NCBI RefSeq assembly: GCF_002113885.1
Contig: NW_018408917.1
Coordinates: 124,001-188,000 of the forward strand
Length of the DNA: 64,000 nt
Origin: Mizuhopecten yessoensis
Lineage: Eukaryota
Direction of reading: 5' to 3'
A program made the position numbers and the translations under genes. The notes under the pieces were generated by a model, which was given only the letters and a program-made list of their open reading frames with translations, was not told where the DNA came from and did not search any database. Below are positions 26,638 through 38,763 of the stretch, in pieces (position 1 is the first letter of the stretch; each line of letters opens with the position of its first letter).

Positions 26638-29600
26638 TTACGATAATTGTTTTTCTCCATAGAAAATCATCCATGAATCCCCACTTTTAAGCTTATTAAC
26701 TATCTTTCTCCTAACTGTAAGTGTGTCTGCACATTCAGCATCAGATTGTTCCTGGAAAACAAATAGAACCTTTATCAAATAAAATCAATTATTGTTTATT
26801 CCATCAAAAATCTATAACATATAAATCTTTTCATATCTGCACCTTTACCTATTAAAATATCAACACCCGTGTCTTTTCGAAGATATTTTTTAGATATTTC
26901 CTTAACGGGTCATTTTCCTTTATATTTGTAAATGCTACCTATTATGACATTTCCTACATGTAATAATATATGTATAACCTGTTGTCATGAATAACGTTGA
27001 AATGATTCCACATATTTAACATGTTGCACTAAAACATTGATGTATATTGGAAAATATTAACCGATTGGTTGATTGGTTCATAGCATAAAATAATCGAATA
27101 AAAGTTGATATTTTATAATTCATCGGATCTATTGAGCGGAAAACGTTAAAAATAAAAAACGAATTTTGGCCGCCAAAAGTTTCCGTTATACAGTATTTGG
27201 AATACAGTCACACATTAATGGCACAATGGTTACCTTAACAAGAAGCAATTCCCGTTCAAGTGCCCGCAGTATATCGTCCGTTTTATCTATCGCTGATACT
27301 TTAATGAATCCTGCTTCTTTCATCATGTCAATTAATGCCCCTGTCGATAGTACCTGTACAAGTTTTTGTCATTAGCATTAAATTATACATCAAAATTGCC
27401 AGTTATATATGACACTCATTCTTTTCCAGCGTGTGTCAAATTGCACCTTGTTCGTTTCACATTTCAAGCGCATTGTTCTGAATCACATGTACTTGCATAT
27501 AAACACTTTAAATACTTATATTAACAGTATACATTGTCATTTACTTAGTTCCTGTTAACTGCAGTTATCGGCTCAAGTTGGTACCATAGAACGTGACATG
27601 TTTCCATGACACCGACATCAATACATATGGTTGGCGTTATGCAAATCTTCCCCGAACGTTTGGTTTGAAAATGAAAAACATGTATCCGCTATCAGACTAA
27701 TGTGTAAAACAATTGTGGAGCAATAACGGGGAAAACACTGTAAATATAAGATAAAAAACAATATTCCATTTTGATCAGATTATGAGGTGATTACCCCACA
27801 AACGGATTGGTCGTCTATTTATACGTGCGCAACTGGAGCTATTCCTTCTATCACCAAAATAGAACAGTGTTCCTTAAATTGTAATATAAAACATATAATT
27901 GGATCGTAATGGGGCCATGGATTTCGAACCAAATCAGGTAGTCATAATCACTGAAGACCGAGTGTATGATCATGAAACAATGCTAGTAGCATTATTTGAA
28001 ACACAAATATCTGCAATCGCCATCGTATCAAAACGAAGAGTAGAGCAGGGGAAGAAAAATACATGCTTGTCACGTTAGTAATCAGTAAGCTGTGTAAACG
28101 TCAAAACACAAGAACATTATGGTGTAGACAAAATACTGTTAAAGCCAAGTCAGACAGCCAGATAGCTTGATAGAGCCATACACAGTTATTAATGACACCT
28201 GGTGAAAGATGATCGTGAAACAGTGTTACTGTTAATAACAATATCGAGTGGCATTGTTTGAAAGACGAATTATTGCAATTGCAACTGTATCTTACTGATT
28301 ACCTTGTTCGGCACGTTACTGTTATGGTCCAGTTCCTCGTCAAACACATCGTTATCTAAGTCTAGATCTTCCATATCGTCGTCTATACAGTATTCCGACA
28401 TCAACAGCCGGCCTCCAGCCTTCATGGATTCCTAGTTAATAAGAAATCATATCTAATATACTGTCATCTTAAATAGTCTAGCGGTATTCTGATTTGAAAT
28501 CTTTTAACATTTAAAATGGCACTGATTTATGATTGCACTGATTTAAGTTTCTGAATATAGATATACATTGTGAGTGCGCCATTTTACCAATGCTCTACTC
28601 TTTTCAAAATCGATGGTGTGCTTAAATGTACGCCCGTTTAAAGTATAACTGCAGTACATCAGCTTACATACAATCGTCGAAGTACAGTCAGTACATTCTT
28701 GTTTTCTCCGATGACGTCACGGCTGTATATGACGTCAAATGTGTCCGGGTTGTGTATCCTTCTTGTTATGGATGCAACCTCAAATTGTACATCCTAAAAG
28801 TAAAGTAGATAAAGTTTTCGTTATCGGCGTGAAGGAGTGTGGATTGCACAAACACCAAAGTTATTATCAAAACCAATCTATCGATGAAACTAACAGATTG
28901 ACAAATACGCTAAATACAAGGTTGATAATGTTCGCACAGTGAAATTTTGACAAGTGCGTCATATTTCAACCTCGGATAAATAAGTATTGCATACATCATT
29001 GTACAATGTATTTATTTACTCAATACACAATACCAACGCAAAATATAAAGGAAGGGTACTTAGTTCTGCCCTTTCCACATTTCAAACTCAACTGATGTTT
29101 TACGGCACTAAACATTTAGTCAATAATTGCCGGCCATTACACCACTACACCATCGGTTCCTCTCCGAAAAGGAGAGTTTACGTATATGTAGAGCTCAATG
29201 TACTATTTACAATACTGCGTGCCACCTATTGCCTATGCATTACGTCACTTTATGTCTGTGACGTAATGTATACATATTGTGTGATTTCATGAGCTTCACA
29301 TCATATTAAATCTTTTGAAAGTTTATGAGTATTCTTATTTCGAAGTAAAAGGTACTGCACGAATTTACAGGTATAATACTAACCTGCGCCATGCCAGCCT
29401 CCTTTGCTCTTTCCCGTCCAATGTGTACTAATGTCGACGATGAATCACTGGCCACAACAGCCACACCATACGTCTGATTCAGGACAAAATTGAGATAATA
29501 ATTAGCAAAAATGTTCTAAATACCAAAAGATTTTTCACCAGAAAAGCTGAACAATGAGGTTGATTCGGTGTTATACACTAAACAGTATATAGTGTTTACA

Positions 29601-32600
29601 CTGATGACACTTTATTGTATCATTGTCTAATTGCAAAAACAAAAACTCTGTTTCTGTTATGGTACTAAAAGTGTCCATGGCTATACGTCTTTTATTACTG
29701 TGGAAAGTACACTGAACATGCTTAAAGTACTAATATATTTATGGGAAATATATATCTCAATGAAGTTTCAAACGTATGTCATTCCCTGCAAGTTTCCGTG
29801 TTTATTATTCATTTAGTTTAAATAGGTCGGAGCAACCGTAACAAGAACAGAACAAGCGAAATATAAATCAGCTTCAGTATCTTATATAACGCCTTTGCTG
29901 ACCTACGAGTGACTGCATTTTAATTAATTTTGTTCGTCACTTTTTATTTCTTTATGCTTTACTTGGGTAGCTGCGCCTGCCAAGATATTAACAACATTGA
30001 TTCCACCCTAGTAGACTAAGCGTAAATTGACGTTAACCCTCACCTTTGCGATATATATACCAAAACCTCCGGTTTCACAACTAAAGTCTAGTACCCGCTG
30101 ACCTGGCTGAAGATTGAGCATTTCTGCTTTCATCTGTAACAAGTGGAATCGATATTACGTTCAAACATCATTATTGGATTGCAACACTAATTGTACAACA
30201 AATACCGTATTTATTTTTTGTCAGAATTAACTCTTTGTGTCACATATAAATAGTGACAGATATGGTTTATAAGACGGTTATAGATGTATAACCTTCCATC
30301 ACCTCGAACACAATACCATATGATACTACTTTTATTATTGAACAAAACTGATAATTAAAACCAAACAAATATGTTCTTATGATATAGTTATAATATGATT
30401 AAAATGTGTATCGGTTCAAACCTTGGCTATTTCAAGTCCTCCTGTTTTCACAAATCCTCTTCCGACCAGCTCCTCTCGGCGTAAAATGTGACAAGTTTCT
30501 AATTTTCTTTGTTCCTTGAGTTGCGGGAGGATGGCAAAATCCTTACTGGTATCATATTCCCGTCTCACCTTCTGTATCAACCATACTAGTTGATTATCAT
30601 TGTTTTTCACCTGCCAAGAAATCAGATATGTAAAGGTGTGTTTTTTTAAATGCGGTATTTATGTACAATATAGTTGAGACAAATAAATAACGCAATTAGG
30701 AATGTTCCATATAATCTGTCGTATATATCTGTTGCGGAATGAATTTCTTAATTGCGATTGTGTTTCTTAAGTATATACATTACCAATTAGATTTCTTTAA
30801 AGCGACTTCAAATCTATTTAGACGAAATGTTCCTTTCTTAGAATGCATATGATCGTAGTATCGAAGATTCACATATCAATGGAGTAGCTTAGTATTATCA
30901 ATTACCTTGATATACGTATCGACAGATTTAGAAAAGACCTTTTCAAAGCCGTAAAATGCTCGCCCGTCTTCCGTGGGGATGGTCACACTAGCGAACAAAG
31001 ATTCGTACACCAGAGGATCTCTGTAGTACGTAGGGTTGATGGTTCGCACTTTGCTGCCTTGAAATGGTAATTTTATCATTAAGGATGTGCATAATATGTT
31101 CATGGTATGCACCGTCTATATCTTCAAAATGAGTAAATCGCATGAAAATGAAATTGATATTGAATTGTTATTGAATTAAAAGTCTTTCATATACATCGGT
31201 ACACGTTTTACAAAACATATCAATCTTAATAAAGAAATACTGCCTACTTACGGAAATACAAGGGGAGATGACTCTAAGACAACATTTTTGGTAAATACGG
31301 CTACGTTGTGAAAACGTTGTTTATAATTACGTTTTTCGGTAGTCAGGCTAGTGTGAATACGTTAAAAAAATACACAGTGCAATCTGCATGAAATTCGTTA
31401 TATGAAAATAAAACTAAAAGCGTTAAGAATCCCTACAGAAAAAATACTGGAGAACTCAACTGCGTGTTTCCATTTTGGATTTGAAAACGCTTTAACTGGC
31501 AATCGGGCCATGAGACTCCCGTTGACCAGGTAGCCTAATAGGTTTGAGCGACAGTATCAAAATGTGTTGTCAATGGTTCGAATGCTGAGTCCTTATTCAT
31601 GAAACTGCTCTTATGCTCAAGTATGGATTTTGTGCTCGAACCAACATTCTTGCAACTCGCTTGCATCATGTGACACATCCGAAAGGTTTAATGTAAATAT
31701 TGAAAGCGGTTCTTCCAAATCGTTAGAAAATTTGGATTTTTATCAAATAATCACCAGAACAAGAATTTGGACTTGAACACAGCATCTGAGTTTGAGCATG
31801 AGAACGGTTTCATGAATACGGACCCTTGTCTAGCCAGGCTGATCTGTTAAAATCAACTCACAACTGTTGATTTTGTTTTAAGTCCCGCAAGATATAGTTT
31901 TCTTTTCAGAAACGATTAATTAAAGCTATAGTCATACCGAAAAAAAATTAGTTGCTAATGCATAGTTACATTTTCTTACAGTTGTGCCGGTATCTTTTAA
32001 ACCAAACACTGCTCGTGGACTGTACAAAAACATGCAATCATGTCGCATGGTAAACAAAACAGAGTAAAACATTAAGGAATGATCTATGACAATTCAATTT
32101 GCATAAAGTAGTATCCTAAATAAAACGTACCAGACTGTTGTAGGCAGGACTCCCTACAGAACATATATCCGTCCGTCCGTAGCCAGGACAGCGAATTTCG
32201 TAAGAAGTGAGTGAGTTCGTCATTATCAAGATACATGTAGAGCCAATTAGAAAACACAAGATCCCATTCGTCAGCGTTTAATTCCATATCCATCACATCC
32301 GCAGCGAGGTAATCTATGTTTGTCAAATTCTTGTTGATTTCCCGATTCTTTTCGATAAAATTCTCCATAAAATCTACAGCCAGTACCTTCCCCGCCTTCT
32401 GTGCCAGGTGAGTCGTGAATCGACTGTAAACGTAAACAAAATCGCCAGTAAGCTGTGGTGTGGTCAACATGTGTTAATATTTAATGATATGATCTCAATT
32501 TGAGATTTGAGAAAAAAATATCTTGCTAGCTTTTAATACGTTGATTAATTAAATCAAGGACCTCAAAACTATCTGGGGCCATATACCATAGTCCTATGAA

Positions 32601-33151
32601 AAATGACAAAAACTATGTAAACAGTCAATACCAGATACACAAGTAATTATCGGGAGATATGGTGGATGGCCTGTGTCCAAAAACTATACGTAATCATTTT
32701 ATTATTGTACTTGTACTTGACGAACACTAGCGAAAAGTAATTATGGTAAACATGAATGATATAAGCTATAACATTATTATACATATTGGTGCTTAAATTA
32801 CTAGTATCTCGTTTAACTATGAGTTGTGAAAACGATTAGTATGGTTTATACACTATTGCATCGAGTTAATCAACTCGACAAATTATGTTGTTGTTGTTTT
32901 GTAAATCTTTTAAAGTCATCAGTGTTCACTGAACTTAATGGACAAAAACGCAGTTATTTCCAGAAGTATTTACCCTATGCCTGCTCCAAGTTCAACAACA
33001 TCTAAGTTATCATATTTGGGTAGATATGATAGTATCTCGGGCAGCTCATCTTTGCTGAGTTCCTCTGCGTCGTTGTCAAGCATCATTTCTTGCATGGATG
33101 CATCCTTGGAATGTTCATCCCAGTACTCTTTCATAGACGTTTTCGTTCCAT
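26638..33151 (-). CDS. PMT: Phosphoethanolamine N-methyltransferase-like protein (two-domain PMT, ~487 aa from ATG 33134), second domain degenerate
   Basis: Ten phase-consistent exons: 33151-32974, 32423-32131, 31057-30906, 30610-30422, 30133-30044, 29473-29384, 28793-28668, 28431-28303, 27353-27234, 26751-26638 (TAA). Motifs YWDEHS, EMMLD, ELPEILSYLP, VVELGAGIGRFT, VDFM, DLVFSNWLYMYL, RESC, NPTYYR, GFVKTGG, FDVIYSRD, AGF. Confidence 0.93.
31525..31840 (+). mobile_element. tRNA-like head split by MITE family B (MITE 31588-31824)
   Basis: GTAGCCTAATAGG (A box)...GGTTCGAATGCTG|MITE|CTTGTCTAGCC; right TIR TTGAGCATGAGAACGGTTTCATGAATACGGACC. Confidence 0.7.
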
Positions 33152-33702
33152 CTACAACAAGAAATTCAAAGACATTTAAGCAACTTGGTATAAAAAAAAT
33201 TCGGAAACAAACTTAATACTGCAAATTGTGAATTGCAAAGTTAAAGATAATTTATTCAAAAAAGACAGAGTTGACTTTACACGTAGTGACCTCATTTCAT
33301 AAGTCACTGTCGTACTCTATTGCTGTATTTTACAGAAATCTTTTTGAAACTAGAAATATGTTAACAACGACCTTGACTTTTGATCTATATTTGTCCGAGA
33401 GTCGTTATATTAATATATTTGAGTAAACACACATAAAATGGGATAATTACTGAACAGACTTTATTGTCATGTCTTTCCTTTGCTAAATATTAACCTTGAC
33501 CGCCGACCCTATGTTTTTTTCCAAAGGGTTACCATTTTGATCAAGATATATATAATCAAACATTTACCATAATTACTGATGATTGTCAGCAGTGAAATGT
33601 GGTCCCTATGTGTTAAATGTTTCATCATAGAGGGAAAATGTAAAGTTGCAGCGAAGCTAAACGTGCAATTATGAATATTTTAACAATAACCTGAGTGTGT
33701 AC

Positions 33703-34690
33703 CTGTATTGATTTTCTCTGTATCTACAGTAAGTGATGGGTCTTTTAACAATTCTGCAGTCTCTGATACATCGGTAGTTTTTACTGAACCATTTCTACAA
33801 AAAGAAAATTGTATTGCTGACTAAAGTAGAAAATCTAGGAAATGTCTGTTAGACATGAATGTCTCCTCTTCCATTCAAAGTACTGCCAATGTTTGATTAA
33901 TATCTATAAATAATAACGGTTGCCTTGGTTATGACATTGTGGTCCTGAAATAGGGTCTCAATCGAGCTTTGCATGAAGTTTAATCGAAGTTGTTTAAAAA
34001 TGAACTTGCTAGAATGATGTAACTGAATTGGTTGATATATTTTTATAAATAATAACAGTGACATTTCCCTTAACGTTAGAACCCTGAAATACAAATGAAT
34101 TCGAGATATTCCCATACTTCACCTTTGTATAAAGTTTGATCAAAATCCGTTAAAAAATGAGGTCACTAGATCGATGACTTTGAATCGGCACGCGATGGGA
34201 CAGGACGGGACGGAAATGGGTCATACAATGTGTCCCTCCATAAAAAGGCAGGAGGCATTTACTCTAATTTATATTATAATGTATATGTACGTTCATAATG
34301 TAACGTCATGTGAAGAAATATACGAAATGCACACGAGATATAGCTGTCAAAACATTTAATATGTCTAACGTAAACAAACTATAACGTCTCAAATGCATAC
34401 ATATCGAAATCAATTTTTTTCAGAATTGATAGAATCGGATAATTGTATAGCTATTATTACAAAATAATATATTGCATTTGGTGCTTTCCATTCTGTAGAG
34501 TGAGATAATAAAATGCATAAATATACTTTATATAATAGCTCACATGTAACACACCCCGTTTGTATCTGTAAGTGCGGATCTGTCCCGTACACCAGCAACT
34601 CTCTGACCTCGGTCAAATCCTCCTTATCTTCAGTGCCATGTTGTGGTGTATACCCTGTGCCGCTTACAGCGTCCACAACATTGCCCTGGT
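33703..34690 (-). CDS. Candidate upstream exons of the PMT gene (34690-34555 and 33794-33703)
   Basis: Both have pyrimidine-rich AG acceptors and open frames splicing in phase into exon 33151 (..QTG|NGSVK..KINT|DGTKTSM). Start codon not identified; further donors at 35791 and 36741. Confidence 0.5.
34080..34260. mobile_element. Remnant of a pearl/CvA (Helentron-like) non-autonomous element
   Basis: AAAGTTTGATCAAAATCC, GGACGGGACGG stretch and terminal hairpin CCCTCC...GGAGG; similar remnants near 39660-39810 and 57850-57960. Confidence 0.4.
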
Positions 34691-36740
34691 CTGTGAAAAT
34701 AGTAATCTTACATAAAAATAATTTGAATAGTTATACATATGCAATGTAAGAAACGGAACATCACCCGAAAATAGTAGCATAGAGATGAACAATTTTAAAG
34801 TGAATAAGAAAACAACATATGCTGTTCCTATACGAACAGACCAAAAACAAACGCAGAATCAATGAGACTCCGATAGTTTAAGAAAGAATAAATGGGAACT
34901 CGACAACAAAAAGAGAAACTAGCGCTCAATAGAAATCGGTTCTTACTCTACACAAATGTACATACATAACCTCTATGGTCTCTCACAGAATATGTGGAAA
35001 CTTCAAACTTAAAATTAAATATTCAAAAATGCTTTTAGTTTTACATAGATATCACCATATATTAAAACATTAACAATTAACTTTTCGAAAACAAAACGTC
35101 TGGAATCAAGAAGAATTGGGTCGCTTATTAATGCAATTATGCACGCATGATGTGATACTGCATCACTAATATTAATCACGTGCGAGTGTGAATATCTGTC
35201 AAAAAGCATGTTGATAATATTGCGTTTCAAACTGAGTTATTTATCCTAAAATTAATTTTGAAAAAATATATACAATTACATAATGAGCACATTATTTAAA
35301 CATACGAATTACACAACAATGTTTAAAGCATTTTCTTGTACAATACAGTAGAAATCCACGAACTGGTATCATCAAGAATGGATTTTTGTTATAACGCTGG
35401 ATATACTGTAAACGTTAATTATTTCACAGCACCCAAATTTTAGCAAATTATCGAATCTTATCAGATGAAAACGTTGATGATTTGGTGCATCAGAACCCAA
35501 TTTAGAACATCCATGGTTTGACGAAGTGTTTCAAGCGCAATACACTAAACTCGGTACGTTTACAGTACCGTTGCTAAGTGAAATATCAATTTTGACTGAA
35601 CAAACAAAAGTAAAAGACAATGACTATGTAATAAAGTATAGAATATACACAAGAAAAAAGTCTAAACAAATGACAACTTCTAACCATAAAAGGACAACTA
35701 CACAAACAAAACAAGAAAATAGGACAAATAAAAATAACTCCCACTTAAAAATATTCTGAATGCTATGTCGACGGATGTTGTCACACTCACCTAGATACAA
35801 TATTACAAAACAACCTGGTAGTTGTAATGGTGCATGCCATGTTCTCCACCATAATTATCATGTAGAAATTGATAACAGCAATACGTGCATTGCATGCCAT
35901 CGACCAAACTTATACACATGGTAATGTGTAAAACGTATACACATAATAAAAATTATGCGCTGTGTCTGTGGTCCTGTGGTGATTACAATAACACTAAAAG
36001 GTACGCCCGAATGTTTACAATTTTAAAGTGGGTGATATATATACCATAATAATGTTGTACATTTATTACTTTATGACTGAAACATCGTTTCAGAGGAGTG
36101 TCAATGGGAAAATATGATATACACCATAAGCTTATAAGTAAGTAGTTTTAATACAAGATGAACATTTAAGAACAGGAAATAGGTAATTGAATGAGCATAT
36201 AAGTGTTTTGGTATAGATTACGAGTACACATTATGAATTATATTATTATTGTTGTTATAAGTATGCGTCACTTGTATCGGAGCTTTCCATCAAATCTGGA
36301 AAATGAAATTTCAAAATCAGGAAATATATATATTAGGTGTTTCTTTCGTAGTCCCTCTGAGATTATGAATGGAACCCTGACAACAAAGTTAAGCATGGCT
36401 GATCTCAGACTGCATATGGTAGACAACGTCTGGTATTACCTGATATGTATTGCATCATAGATATCGACATAATTTATGAAAATATGATATTTGTTATGAC
36501 GTCCTTGTCAATTTTAAACCTATTAAAGTTTGCAGTGGAAAATAATGTATTTATTAATAATTATATTGCTCTTGTTTAATAGATATATCTTAGTTTATTT
36601 AATAATTATTTCAATACAATCATTTCAGTTAGCTAGATCAAGTTTCTCAATTGCTAAACAGACACATCGTTGTGATTATTGCATGACAGTCTAATATATA
36701 TTTATCTTTCTTATTGTTGTTTGTACATTAAGATACTTAC

Positions 36741-36950
36741 CTTTGTATCTTTTGCTGAGAGTCAAATGTATCTTAAATCTCTTTACAGGCTATGTATGTC
36801 ATATAATCACAATGTAGTGTTGTGTTGTGTCAGTTTCTGTGTTGTCCTGAATGTCTACTGGGGCCTACATACACATAGACAGTAGTGTTTGATGAAGGAA
36901 ACTGTACATCCGGTTGTGTGGGTGAGTGTCCGGAAGTCTGCCATTGAGTA
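36741..36950 (-). other. Probable non-coding first exon of the PMT gene
   Basis: Consensus donor AAG|GTAAGT at 36741/36740; no usable ATG found; upstream boundary approximate. Confidence 0.4.
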
Positions 36951-38276
36951 TTGTAACACACAACAGTGTAGGATGAACTAATTTTATCACATATTGTATA
37001 GCTAATTTCAACGTCTGCTGTCGTTCATTGTGCAGTGTTCAGACTAGCATAATGCTGATATGTATGTACCAGTTGCATGATAGTTTCAACTTTCTTTAAT
37101 GCTGCTATAAAATTATTTTTTTACAGCCAAAGTCAAACATGTTGTATTAGCTTGTATTAATCATTCTTGTTGGCCCAGATGGCAGCGCGAATGGGATCTT
37201 AATGGTGAATGAATCCGGGTAACTCAGGGGAAATCCGATATGAATAACTGGTAAACGATTCCATTTCAACAAATTTTATTGACAATCGGAAAGTACAATG
37301 CTTAAAAGAAAGTTGCCTACATAAAGAATTTATAAGTCCTCTCCCTTGGTGGCTGACGGACATTATGTATAGATTTTACATTGAACTGATAAAGATATGG
37401 CTTACTTTCAATATTTGAACACGTGACACAGGTGTCAAAGTTTGTTTTATAACCTTTATTTAGACAAAGCAACCATAAGAAATGTAGACCTCGTTGAACT
37501 GATGTAGATTAGGAATACTATATTAACTGATGTAAACGTTTAAAATAGGTTGTAAAGTTGGGATGATACTGTGTGAATTATGATATACAGTCATCACTTT
37601 TTCTCATTATAAAGCTTTTATTTTCCTGTCCTCCTCTACGTTTTGAAGTTAATAAAATTAAGCGGTTTATGCACCTCCCCTTCTGTTTCAAATATGTGTC
37701 AAACGTTTATCTTTAAAATTTTACCTAATCTTAAAGGTGCATCAGAAGTGCCCTTCCCATTTTCCATTAACTCTATGGAAAGTCAGCCTGCAGTTACTGG
37801 AGAGTAACTGCAGTCTGCATTATCTGGTCACATGACCATTGTTTCCGTGACGTCAGTGTTAGCAACCACTCCCATCGATGCGATAGCCGCCATCTTGTTG
37901 TCGTTTGGTTCATACAAGTTGCATTTAACAGGTTTTGCAGACAATGAAGACATCCGGATAGGAAGGTGAGCTCTTACTTTTGAATAAGAATGCTCTGCAC
38001 ATATAATCAGATAATTAAACAGTTGTCGCCTGGATACATTTTTTAATGGCGACCGTTGTTTGGAAGTTTTCGGTCCGATAATGGCCGTCTGCTCAAAGAA
38101 TTGGACCAGTGAGGTTTTTGCGGCAGCAGGAAATATAAATTAAGCTCATCCGACTAAATAATAAAACACAGGTCGTATGAGGAAATGTAAATATAACGAT
38201 TGAATGTCTGTCAGATTGCAGTAACAGCCAATATGAATGCACTCTGGGTGACAGATAAATAAAATGACGTTCATTA

Positions 38277-38631
38277 GGAGGCACGGCAGTCCAGTGGTAG
38301 GACGCCTGGCTTGTGACCGAAGGGTTGCGGGTTCACCCAACGGCACGGCAATGTGTTGTATCTTTGAACAAGATACTTTACTCCGCTTGTTCCAGTGTAC
38401 TCAGCTGTAAATGAGTACGTGGTTGGGCAGTGCTTGAATTGTTGAATGCTAGCTGTTAGCGCCGAAATGGCAGCACTGGCTGTATGCTCCCCATGAAGTT
38501 GAGAAATGTATTGGCCGGCTGGAAAGGCCCTATAACCACGGATAATAATTTGTGAACCGCTTTGAGACGACCTACGAACTAGGTTGTGATAAAGCGGTAT
38601 ATAAGAACCTCGAATTATCATTATTATTATT
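38277..38631 (+). mobile_element. tRNA-headed CORE-type SINE with L2-like 3' tail
   Basis: Head GCACGGCAGTCCAGTGGTAGGACG...GGGTTC; core TTGTATCTTTGAACAAGATACTTTACTCC...CAGCTGTAAATGAGTAC; tail AAGCGGTATATAAGAA...(ATT)n; other copies at 59057-59367 and 63465-63560. Confidence 0.85.
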
Positions 38632-38763
38632 GAATGTGTTACGTTCATCTTTAAAGACCTGACAACACATAGTTTACATTTCTTAGAAAAAATCAACTAC
38701 TTAATCCCTAATGACTTTCCCAAATAGTCTGACAATGTCTGAAAGGTCTACAGAAAGTGTACA

